Of a DNA stretch of 64,000 nucleotides, positions 45,040-55,974 are shown piece by piece. Source of the stretch: Tetramitus jugosus. Lineage: Eukaryota; Protista; Heterolobosea. Both the position numbers and the translations under genes were made by a program. The DNA lies in contig OW569363.1 of the NCBI GenBank assembly GCA_937625935.1, positions 1-64,000 on the forward strand, in the 5' to 3' direction. How positions within the stretch are numbered: position 1 is the stretch's first letter; each line of letters starts with the position of its first letter. The notes under the pieces were generated by a model. It made no database searches. It was not told the origin of the DNA and worked only from the letters and a program-made list of their open reading frames with translations.

Positions 45040-46480
45040 CATAATTGTTAGGGAAAGGAGCCATGTATTGGCCGAGGATTTAAGCTGAACTCGTGAATCG
45101 AGAATTTTATTCGAATCACTACCAAGTTGAACAAACCTTCACTGTCCAGAGTCACAAAGTGGCTCGTGGGATTACGCTCTATTCCGAGTTGTGGTCCCAT
45201 TTTCTTGTACAAACAACAGAAGTTAACAATAGTTTGAGATCGTTCAAAGTATCTCGAGTTGATTTGCTGGTCTCATGACCTCCTTGAATTCCTCCTTCTC
45301 GTTCCTTGCTCTTTGTCTCTTTCAAACAACTCGCGCCATAAAGGGTCCTTTCAGATCTCATTCCGCAAAATGAGGAGTCTCCTCAACATCTAGACCTTTT
45401 CACCTTTCACCCTCACAACATTGGTCGAGTACTTTTAAACCATTTGCACTATAAGAAACAACCCGACACTACTGTTTAGTTGGATGTAATGACTCTGGCT
45501 GATCCAGAAAGTAATGGAATGAACGATCCATTGCAACCTGGAGAGAACCGTCACAAGGATTCAAAACTCACACCCGCTCAGCCAGCCTTGAGCAACGACA
45601 GAAGACTTGGTCTGACTGGAAGATGAAAGCTGAGGCATGAACAATTGCTGGATGTCCTCTCGATGTTGCTCTGAACACGGAATAGGAACGAAAAGTATTT
45701 GTTTGTGTGAAAAGATTTCCACTCTCGACCGATATGGTTCTCTTGAAACTTCCCATTTTTCTACAACGCGAAAAACGAGTTGTAAACAGTCATTTGTGGT
45801 AGCAATGAATTTTCTCTTTGGGTCTGATCTCACAAAGTGCAGACACTTAAAAGTATGAGTGAACCTAAATTGCATGAGTTTCTTAACTCCGGGATAGTAA
45901 GTTTGTATCTCTTCTTTGTTACTAAAAGTTCGCTTGTCAATTTGGTGATTATCAAGTAAGCTAAGGCATTTGGTTCTTGTTCCGAGGCTATTCTGACAGC
46001 GGTCTTAAAGTTTAAGAAATTGTGATCGTACTGGCGACTCATTGAGATCAAAATTACAATCGAAAATCAAGGAACAACCATACAAATCTGCACAAGCAAA
46101 AAACCAGGGAAAAGCGCATAAGTCGATCCAATTCGGATCATTGATGTCTACGTTCATACAATGGTGGAACCACCTCTTCCCATTTCGAATAGAGAAGTTA
46201 AGCACCATCTGGCTGAGTTAGTATTGAGATAGGAGACTACTCGAGAACCCTCAGTAATGTAGGCTTTTGCTTGACGGAACCTGCTGCTCTCCATAGTATT
46301 CTTAGAGCTGATTCTTCCCTTATTCTTGAAAATCCCACCAGAGAGAGCTGCTATTGACAATGCAGTTTCATTGTAGTTAATATTTCTTCTCGTGCTTGTT
46401 CCCTTTGCAATGATGTTCTTTAGTAAGGTTGCTAGGTTCGTGCCCCTTTTCATCTTTTAAACAACAGAACACCTTTTCTT
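45040..46480 (-). pseudogene. Probable decayed protein gene of unknown family
   Basis: Chain of overlapping 60-100 aa minus-strand ORFs (46154-46453, 46005-46208, 45830-46051, 45561-45875) in an unusually long gene-free interval. Confidence 0.35.
45136..45225. repeat. Copy 2 of the ~90 bp direct repeat
   Basis: See 43717-43810. Confidence 0.85.
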
Positions 46481-46548
46481 GCAATGATGTTGACATCTCA
46501 ACTGACGCATTATGCGAATATTATGATAAGTTTGATTTATTAAAGAAG

Positions 46549-47133
46549 TTACTTCAGTTGAACAACTTTTCCATTACTGCACTTGTAGAGATACTTGTCG
46601 AAACAAACACCATTGCAGCAAGCATCACGAATCCCACAGAGACAATTGTACGATGGATTGTATAGATCAGGATTGCAAACGTGGGTAGCAGTAGAATAGC
46701 AGACATCCCTATATGCACCGATAATGTTTTTGTGGCAACATGCATCAGAAGTGGAGCATTTAAAGATTCCGCATTGATTTGGATTGGTGTATGTAGCTTT
46801 TCGAGAAACCTTTACCACAATGACTCGTTTCTTAATGGTGCCTGTTTTCAAGTCACAAAAGAATTTGGCAGTATTGTAACACACGCCATTGCAACATCTG
46901 TCATACTTTCCACAAAGGCAGTTCTGTTCTGGTTTGTACTTGTCAGCAAAGCAGGAATGGGTGTAAGGGTTGTAACACTGCTGTCGATTTCCAATCACAT
47001 TGTATCTGCAGCACAAGTTGTTTGCTGGACACTGATATTTTCCGCAGTACAGGGTTTGGGCTGAGCCAGTGGTGTATCCAAAGAATGCAATTACAATGGC
47101 AATTAACACAAGGAAGTTGGTCTTCATTCTCAT
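46549..47133 (-). CDS. Secreted Cys-rich protein with two tandem modules (CBM52-like putative carbohydrate-binding)
   Basis: Signal peptide MRMKTNFLVLIAIVIAFFGYTTGSA. Two ~75-aa repeats CG...C....CC...CY...H.C..D...P..NCLCG..D.CCNGVC[YF]. Confidence 0.75.
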   Translation of the reverse strand: MRMKTNFLVLIAIVIAFFGYTTGSAQTLYCGKYQCPANNLCCRYNVIGNRQQCYNPYTHSCFADKYKPEQNCLCGKYDRCCNGVCYNTAKFFCDLKTGTIKKRVIVVKVSRKATYTNPNQCGIFKCSTSDACCHKNIIGAYRDVCYSTATHVCNPDLYNPSYNCLCGIRDACCNGVCFDKYLYKCSNGKVVQLK

Positions 47134-47367
47134 TTTTTGTTCTGTTCTTGTAGTTTTGTTGTGGTTTGATTGTTGCATTCCCAAGCTTGGGATTGTCACA
47201 TTTTATACAATAAGCAAAACTCCTTTGATTGTTGTTTTGTTGTATTGATAGTTATTTGTCCGGCTCCCTTTCGGAGTTAGCGTCCATAAATGGCTCAACT
47301 CCTTCCATCTACAGCCTCATCAACGTTCTGATCGCTTCACAAAAAAGGTGATACTGGATCACCGTCT

Positions 47368-49615
47368 TTATTTTTCGTCACTAAGCCGTGTTCCTAGATA
47401 TTCCAACTTGTTTTTGAAAGCAGCGTTATCGGGCTCAATCTGGAGAGCTCTCTTCATGTCTGCATAGGAGTTCGCCCAGTCTTCACACATCTCATAAGCA
47501 CTGGATCTCCTTGTATAGAGCTTGAGTTGAAGCGTTTTAGACAATTGCTCATTCACTGGAATATCATCAATCTCGGATTTTTCGCTCTGACTATCTTTCT
47601 CAGGTCTGGGATTGGTTATTCGATCGCTATACTCTCTTTGAACTTCATCCGGAAGAACTGAGAGAGCTGTATTGCAGTCATTGATACACGAAATAAAATT
47701 GTTGAGCTTCATATGACATTGTGCACGGTTTGAATAGTATACTGGATTGGATCTGTTATTTTCGATCGCAAGGGTGTAACAGTGGATAGCTGACCGCATG
47801 TTGTTCTGCTTATAGAAGAAGTTCCCTCTATTTTTTAACCATTCGGCTTCCACAGACGACTTAAGTTTCTCGGATATTTGAGCCATATCCGAAAGGATTG
47901 AATCATCACCAGGTGCCATTCTTGAAGCACTTTCATAATCGCCATAAGCTCTCTTGTAATCTCCAATTGAGCAGTAAGAACTTCCTCTCCTCGTATAGGC
48001 CTTCATCAACAAATTATATTTCTTCTTTCTGTTCATGTCTGACAACTCCTCCTGTAGAGTATTAAAGTAGTTCAAGACGAAGGAACTATCGGTAATACAC
48101 TCACTAAACTTCATCAAATGTAGATTGCACATAGCCCTATTGCTGTATGCAGCCACTACAAGTTTCTCTAACTCATCATTCTCGTACGATTTGCCAACTG
48201 ACCGCTCAGTTGATTGAATCAGGAGAGTGTAGTTTTCTGCCGCCCTATCATACTCTTCTTTGGATAAGAACTCGTCTGCTATCTGTTTGATTGAGAAAAG
48301 CTTTTCGTTCGTTGTACTCTGATCGCCTCCTAACTCCCTGTTCATTCTATTAAAGTCCTCAATGATACTGTCATCCTCATCGCCAGCTCCAAGATTAGTG
48401 ATGACATATTCGTAATCTCTCAGTGCAGTGCTCAATTCTCCACACCTCCATCTAGCGGTTCCCCTCCTGATAAGACACTTCTTGAGGAGTTGTAGGGTTT
48501 CGTTGTCAAGATCTCGAATAGTTTCTGGAAGGCTATAAGTCCCTAGAACTGAAGAACAGTCTCTTATACAACTGGAAAAATCGTTCAGCATTAAGTAACA
48601 CGCAGATCTGTTTGACAAAACTTTTCTCTCGAAAGCATTACTTGGTTGTGTATCCACTCTATTCTCAAAACAGGCCGAGTATGCATTGATTGCTGCAACA
48701 TAGTTGCTACTACCATAAAATCTATCGCCTCTTGCTTTTATCCAAATATTATTCTGCTCATTTTCACCATTCTTCTTATTATTTGCTTTCCAAACTTCGT
48801 ACTTCTTCAACATTTCCAGGTCCTTGTCTTCTCTGGCAGGAGTATTCATTGTTCTTGGAGTGAACTTGAGTTTCACTGTCCCACCTTCCGATCTCACAGG
48901 AGGTACATCTCTTTCACTTTCACCCCGAATAGAGAAGATGTCCTTCTCCTGAGCCATGATTGAGCTGATTGGTTTTTCATCGGCTCTCGGCTTCAAGTCA
49001 GCGTCACTTGGATGATCCAAGGATTGCTCCACACGTTCACTCCAGTCTGACAAATCCTTTGTAGATAATTCCTTCTCCTTCAACTTCAATTTCTCAATAT
49101 CTCTTCTCTTCTGTGAGTCAATCTCCCATTGCTTCTCCAACAATTCTTGTTCTTGTTTGTGTTTCTGTTTCAATTTTTCCTCTCTTGCCACTCGCAACCT
49201 TTCGGTGTATCGATCCAGGCTACTCTCTCTTCTCTCTATGATTTGTTTCTTGGAGAAGTCTTTGGGGTTGAGAGAAAGGGACTCCCATTCTTCATCTGTA
49301 ACTGCCTTTTTCAGTGTAAATGTCAATGTATGAACCTTCTCTGGGTCAATCTTCCAACTGCTCTCTTCGCAAGCAATCTCAAAACTCAAATCAGCATCGA
49401 AAAAGTGAGGAGAACTGTTCAACTTGATGTAACTATCGGTGACTGGAACAATCAATTAGTTAGAGGTTCCATTTCGAGCTCGAAACACAATTGATCATGA
49501 AGTAGGGTTACATACTCGTGACAGACATGTTAAACCGGTTCACACCTCTGATGTTGACCTGCACAATGACATGATCAGGTGTTTGTTCCCATTCATATGC
49601 GAGATTAATTGGCAT
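47368..49615 (-). CDS. DNAAF4: Dynein axonemal assembly factor 4 (DYX1C1): CS domain + coiled coil + TPRs, 2 exons
   Basis: MPINLAYEWEQTPDHV...|ITDSYIKLNSSPHFFDADL, PPVRSEGGTVKLKFTPRTMNTPARE, and multiple TPRs. Intron 49515-49443. Confidence 0.88.
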
Positions 49616-49753
49616 TTTGATAATGTTCGTTTATTCAAACAAAGAAATGAAACCAATCATGTAAATGATAGTGGGCGCGAAAAAGTGGGAGAAACACGGA
49701 TGAATACAAAGCGGCAACATGTTGCGAAGGTGGAGAGTTTGAATTTATGAAGG

Positions 49754-51998
49754 TCACTTTGTTTTCTTTAATATTTCTCTTCGTAGTAGTACACATAGAT
49801 AAAAGATGTAATAATGGAACAGCAACGTCAGCAGATAAATGTCCCATTGGAAATCCCAGCGACTACCGAGCAGCAATATTTGAGAGATGATGGAACGAAT
49901 GATTCCACCTCCGTCCATGCCACCAGATTCTTTGGACACATGAGCCGTAGTAGCCAAGGATGTCCATCTCCGAATGAAAACAACGAGTTGAAAGACGGTC
50001 ACAAGTCCCTGAAAGAAGATCAAATAGGAGAAGAGGCGCTCGGGGCGATAGAATAAGGTATGAACAATCTCATCTGGAAGATCGCCTGGTACTCCACAAT
50101 TCTGATGCGCTCCTTCAGCAACATAAACATGATCCTGATATCTTATCACTTGTCCCTTCTTGTATGATGCTCGATGCTTTGGTGACCAGTTCTTAATCTT
50201 TTCATCCGTTATAGAACTAGCTGATCTCTCCTTCCAACATCCAAAAGTGTGCTTGTGACAAACGAACCGGAAAAAGTTGGCAGAGAGCAATTGCAGTGCC
50301 AGTAGTACGAACATGTTGGCCAAAACGAAAAATATCTGAGAAATGGACTTCAATCGTTCATAGTAGATGTGACTCTGTTAAACAAAACAAACGACACAGA
50401 AAAATATCGAGGGTCAGTCTTCCATTTTCGCAATGTGGATCGAAAAACCAAGCAGCCAACACGAGATTAACAATCGCTAAGCGACCCTAATACTCGAAAC
50501 AGAGGAAAATAATACATACTCCGACAAATCCCAGAGGTAATATCGTTGTGTAATACGCTGCCTCAAACGTACAATAAATCAATAATTTGAGCTGATACAC
50601 TGGTTGAGCATTCAATTGCTCCAATCGTATCGCAGTCGTATTTGCACTCGGTCCACTATTACTACTGCTACTGCTACTACTACTACTACTATTCGTATTC
50701 AGACTGGTAGTACTACTATTCGCTGACAAGAGCATCTTGTTATTGTTCGATGAAGAAGGTGATGGATGACCCTTCCGTTGTTGAGTCATGGATCGCCCAC
50801 TGTTACTACTATTGTTACTGCTACTGCTACTGTTATTGCTGCTCATTTGATCCTCACTTGCTACTACAGCAACATTATGGTGACATGAACAATTATGATG
50901 AGAGTGATTACTACTGTGGTGATGATAATGATGATGACTATGAGGATGATAGCACTCGTACTGACTCGTATACCTTGTTCGAACTCCATAAAATACAAAT
51001 CCATAAAAGAACAATGGAATCAAAATATAGATGAATCGAAAGAGGCTGTATGAGACGAGAATGTGCATGGACAGCCACATGAGACTACCACTCAACAACA
51101 TTAGCAATAAACAGAGACAAATGCGTTGCCACGACTCAAATGTACTCTTGATCAATTGAACCAGTTTTTTCATGAGTGATATTGTAAATTGTGATGATGA
51201 TGATCCATTATTATTGTTGTTGTTGTTCGTGACTGAACTTCCATTTTCATGATTATGATTATTATTCTGGGCCAAAGCAGTTGTTCGATCAACATTGAGA
51301 CTTTTTGATTTTTTTCCAGTCGTTTGATTTGTCGATGATGATGATGATGGTGATGATTGTCTCTGATGATGATGATGAGTGGTGGTAGTGGTAGTAGTAG
51401 TAGCAGTTGAATCCACATGTGGTGTGCGCACAGAACAAGGCAATATTGATCTCATTGTCCAATTGCTCTTGTAAACATATTGTGTGTATCGCCAAACAAA
51501 TCGCAACACAATAATCGTCATACTGAACAACAAGACAAAAAAGTCATAATTATAAAAGTTCTATCATTATCATCATATCATCATTATCATATCATTATCA
51601 TAACATCATTATCATTCATAATGTGAAGAGTGCATAGAAAGGTTACGAGTCAATGGAGTGAACAACAATTAAAAAAAAACAAACAACAGAATCATGTGGT
51701 GACAATAGAGAGAGAGAGAGCTCTACTAGTTCGAACGACATACCATTCTATAAATATGATAATACTGAATAAACAATTGAACCATGAGATAAACGAATAT
51801 GACAATTTCGAATTGAATGGCATTGCTTAGAGAGTAATCTTGTGTGGAGTGATCAATTGTTGATGATGCGAGAGTGGATGTGAAGATGGGTGATCGTTGT
51901 TGTTGTTGTTGTGATGCAGTGTTGACTGCCAATGAGTTACTATTACTATGATTGGCAGATGACTGCAATGAAGATGATTTGATTTTTGATGAGGTCAT
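49754..51998 (-). CDS. TMEM39: TMEM39-family membrane protein, 3 exons
   Basis: FEIVIFVYLMVQLFIQYYHIYRM|NFYNYD, AYYTTILPLGFV, HKHTFGCW and WSP...Y..G.VIRY...VYVAEG...GVPGD...LFYRP. Introns 51743-51561 and 50519-50375. Confidence 0.85.
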
Positions 51999-52342
51999 AA
52001 TTTCATTTTTTTTTATCGCGTGGTTTTGGTGGAGTATGATTGAAGTAGTTTATGTTGTTGTTGTCTTTGTTGTTGTGATTGCAATCTTCAAAAAAGTTTT
52101 TTTGTGTGAATGCGATTATTTTGTTGGTATGGGCGATGATGATTCTTGTTTGATGATTTATCGATATGATGAAGAATCACAAAATGTGGGTGTGGTTTTT
52201 TGTGTGCGAGGAAGGAACTTGAACGCTTCTTCTGTTGGACGTGTGGGAGGGGTTGTTGGTTGTGTGTGGAAAACGACGAATGCATAAAAATAAGATTTGC
52301 GTTGTATTGTTGTTGTTGTGAAATGCACACACCACCAAGCAA

Positions 52343-54778
52343 TTATCTCTTGACGAATGTGGCTCTCTTTCTTGCCTTGACCAAACCAAACTTCTTTCTT
52401 TCTACATGTCTCATATCTACTGTCATCATAGAGTTGGCACTTAGTGCATAACCAAACTCTGGAATAAACTTGGCAAATGCCTTACTGATTGCCAATTTGA
52501 TGGCATCTCTTTGACCAGTTGTACCACCACCCTCGGCCTTGACATAAATGTCAAACTGTTGGAATGTTTGAGTTATCTTGAATGGAAGACCCAACTTTAG
52601 CAAGTCGCTTCTTCTCTTGAAGTAGTCCAAGTAGTTGCGACCGTTGATAGAGAAGACACCAGTACCAGGAGTCATGACGACATGAGCTCTGCTGTCCTTT
52701 CTCGTTCCACTGGCTCTCACCAAACCAGAGTAGATTTGTGGTTGATATATTCTTCTACCCTTTGCAGCTCCGGCATTCAACTGAGATGCACCATGAATTG
52801 GCTTCAATACTTCGTACAGGTAGTCCCATTCGGAAGCAAAGTCCTTCTCGTTGTTGGTCTTACCCAATTCGGCAACCAATTGAAGAGTACCTTCTTCGAC
52901 TTGTGCCTTTGCGATTTGATCAACTGCATACATGACAGCTTCAATCTTTGGTCTTGGACGAGCAAGGAAATCAGACATGCTCATATTTCCAGGCTGGGAA
53001 TTTCCGTTCAACAAGTCAGTGAGTGAAATCACAGATCTCTTTGTTCCAGAGTATTCCTTTGTTTCCAACATGTCGTTCACCTTGTTCTGTTGCACGAGCC
53101 CGGTGACAATCTTTCCGAGAATGGAATCAATCTTTGTTCGGCTATAGTTTGGAAGGAGCAATTGCAATTTGGCCAACAATCCCTCACGGTCAGTAACTTC
53201 ACTGATGGATTGGAAGAATTGACCAATGGATCTTGGTGCTCTTCCTTGCAAAACACCTGAGAATAGAGTCTTCAAGTGAGCAGGGTCAAATGGAGCGGCA
53301 AGTTCCTCTGCGGAAACGTCATTCAATTCTCTGATAGTCAAAGCGAGAGGATCCAGCAACAAGTAAGGTCTCTCTCTATATATTTGCTCTAACGACTTTG
53401 TCTTCAAGTCATTCCTCAGGTCCTCTTCAAATTGTCGATTGTATTGCTCATCATTCAAAAAGAATCTAGTCTCTTGATGTGTGTAAGCAACTGGATTATC
53501 AATGAGTTCATTTGCTTCAGGTGTTGTGCTCGATTCGTTGAAAATGTACTTGTCTTCGTTCAAAGTAGCCTTCTCCCACACGCTCTTCTTCTCTGGCTTC
53601 TTAGGAGTGGTAGAAAACGTATCACCCATGCTGTATAAATCATTAAAGTTGTTTGCAATGTGACGGATGTGACTGTCAGTTATGGTTTTGATTGCACGAC
53701 CAGGTAAAGATGTTGGTGATGCGGACAGTGCAGTCATATCGGCATTCTTTGATGACTTGGTCACCACTTCACCATACTTTGGTTCAATCAATGCCTCTGC
53801 TCTCTTTGCTTCAGCAGCTACATTCTCCTCCACAACAGGTGCCAGGTAGTGCTTGCCTTCCTGATCAGACAACATGTGCTTCTTCACTTCTTCATCGTAG
53901 AGTCTCTTACCCTCCTCCATTCTCTTCTTGTTCAATTGCTTGTGCAACATGTTGAACACTTGGGTGATTCTGATAGATTGGCTGGCATCTTCAATATTCT
54001 TCTGAACCCATGGCTCCACAAATATCTCATCGTGCTGTGTGCTGGCCGACAATGAGAAGCCAGAGCTATCGTCAGTAGTCTTTTGTTTGTTAATTCCTTC
54101 AATTTCCACCTTGGCCAAAGTGTCAAACACTTGATCTCTTGCCTTGCGCTCAATACCCAACTGCTTGTCAGACAAAACTTGAACAGCTTGTGTCATCATA
54201 TCCACATCTGCTCTTCCAGCAGAATCGTTACCATAGATACTGTTTGGGAATTGTTCCAATTGTTGTTGGAAATCAGACAACTCTGGTCTCTGACGTTCAC
54301 GGTTGTACATACGCCAGTACATGCCCTCATTCGATGAATCCTTGTCCTCTTTTTTCTCACCACCCTTTGCAGATGATGCCGCGACTTGTTGAGGCGTCAC
54401 TTTAGCCTTGAGCATTCGGATGAGACGATGAGTTCTCTTGTACTCGACATTCTTTGCAACTTTTGGCAACACAGCGTCAATGTCATAGTGTTTGCTTGGA
54501 TCGAATGATGATGCATCCGATGATGATGGTTCCACTTCACCAAGCGATCCTTCATTCTTCAAAATTTCTTTCAATTCACTCTCATCGAGATCAAAAGCAG
54601 TTGAAAAATCATCTGTTTCCTTCTTTGATTTTTTTTGTTGTTGAGAGAGGACTGATTGACTGAAATGCTTTTGTTGTTGTTGTTGTTGTTGAGCGGTTTG
54701 ATGAATGGTCGCCAAAGAATGCTTCACGTGGTGCAGTGAAGACCGCGAGACTGCATTTGCTTTGAACGTATGAAGCAT
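52343..54778 (-). CDS. MRPS9: Mitochondrial ribosomal protein uS9m with very long N-terminal extension
   Basis: C-terminal S9 domain GTRKDSRA...GTGVFSING...GGGTTGQRDAIKLAISKA...VERKKFGLVKARKRATFVKR; presequence-like N-terminus. Confidence 0.9.
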   Translation of the reverse strand: MLHTFKANAVSRSSLHHVKHSLATIHQTAQQQQQQQKHFSQSVLSQQQKKSKKETDDFSTAFDLDESELKEILKNEGSLGEVEPSSSDASSFDPSKHYDIDAVLPKVAKNVEYKRTHRLIRMLKAKVTPQQVAASSAKGGEKKEDKDSSNEGMYWRMYNRERQRPELSDFQQQLEQFPNSIYGNDSAGRADVDMMTQAVQVLSDKQLGIERKARDQVFDTLAKVEIEGINKQKTTDDSSGFSLSASTQHDEIFVEPWVQKNIEDASQSIRITQVFNMLHKQLNKKRMEEGKRLYDEEVKKHMLSDQEGKHYLAPVVEENVAAEAKRAEALIEPKYGEVVTKSSKNADMTALSASPTSLPGRAIKTITDSHIRHIANNFNDLYSMGDTFSTTPKKPEKKSVWEKATLNEDKYIFNESSTTPEANELIDNPVAYTHQETRFFLNDEQYNRQFEEDLRNDLKTKSLEQIYRERPYLLLDPLALTIRELNDVSAEELAAPFDPAHLKTLFSGVLQGRAPRSIGQFFQSISEVTDREGLLAKLQLLLPNYSRTKIDSILGKIVTGLVQQNKVNDMLETKEYSGTKRSVISLTDLLNGNSQPGNMSMSDFLARPRPKIEAVMYAVDQIAKAQVEEGTLQLVAELGKTNNEKDFASEWDYLYEVLKPIHGASQLNAGAAKGRRIYQPQIYSGLVRASGTRKDSRAHVVMTPGTGVFSINGRNYLDYFKRRSDLLKLGLPFKITQTFQQFDIYVKAEGGGTTGQRDAIKLAISKAFAKFIPEFGYALSANSMMTVDMRHVERKKFGLVKARKRATFVKR

Positions 54779-54967
54779 TTTTCTTAAATCAAACAAAAAA
54801 ATATAGAGTTTTCAGTCGTTGCGTTCTGCTGCAGCAAGAAATGTTTGCGTGGAAAAAATGTTCTTTCGTGTGTGGAGAAAATTGTGCCGCTGTCGGCGTG
54901 TGAACAGAGCGGGTTGACTGCAAACAATTGTAAAGTTCAAGAAGGAGAATTAGCTGAAAAACTTGCG

Positions 54968-55498
54968 ATGGCGACAACTGTGATAGATCTGATCGGTCAC
55001 TCGGTTCATGGTTCTCTTGTACAAGAATATCTGCAATCACTTGTTTCCATTACATCTTCTTCCTCTGATGCATCCTCCAGAGGAGTCATTTCCAAAACTC
55101 CTACAAGCACAAAATCATTTCCCGATGTAACTTTTTACAATTATGTTCCTCTGGGTTTGTCTATCGAGTGCACCAATGATGAACAGCACACAATTGAAGC
55201 TGTTCATTGCTACGCTGCCAAGAATAACGAAAAAGAATTTCTATATGGTTTCTGTGGGAGCTTGCCTGATCCTTTCACGATGCAGTTAAACAATGTTCAG
55301 ATTGTGAACATGCTGGGTGAACCTGATAAGAAGGGTGGTGGATCCATTCCCATTTGGATATCCTATGAAAGTAAGAGCAAGCTGAACCAGTCAATGACAT
55401 GTGGATCTGCTCAAATTTGTGTTCAGATCGACTTTTTATTCAAGGAGTGGGAAGCGGTGCCAAATCCAGTAGCACACTACACGTTTTGGAAAAAGTAG
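54968..55498 (+). CDS. Hypothetical protein
   Basis: 176-aa ATG-initiated, globular-looking ORF head-to-head with uS9m. Confidence 0.7.
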   Translation: MATTVIDLIGHSVHGSLVQEYLQSLVSITSSSSDASSRGVISKTPTSTKSFPDVTFYNYVPLGLSIECTNDEQHTIEAVHCYAAKNNEKEFLYGFCGSLPDPFTMQLNNVQIVNMLGEPDKKGGGSIPIWISYESKSKLNQSMTCGSAQICVQIDFLFKEWEAVPNPVAHYTFWKK

Positions 55499-55974
55499 AG
55501 TCACTCAAACTGTTGTTTCTGACATGGATAGAAGTATTAGAAGAGGATCTATAGCTCGTTCGATGTTCTTTGGTTGTAATGGACAAAGTTCTTCTTTGAT
55601 TGTTTAACAGCTCGATATCTGAGTTTTAGATTCATTGAAAGCCAAGTTATTGTGCAGTTTTCGAGCAGCAATTCCTCTCTGATATCTTCTATATCTCTTG
55701 ATCGCTGTATTTGGTTTCACAAGTTCAAACTAACATCGTAGTGTGACTTGATTTCCATTTGCATTTCAGATGGCTCCTTCATCTTCACTTGGAATCAGCT
55801 TCAAGTTCAGAAAACATGTCATGAAGTTGGAACTATGCCTATTAATGATCACACGACTGATTGGCTTAAACTCACCAGATAATAAATTCTTTGAGATTAC
55901 CTCAGGAAAGCTTTTGGGAGAGCAGCCGTACTCGTTTCATGTGCGAAATTATCCCAAAACTATTAGAGGGACGA

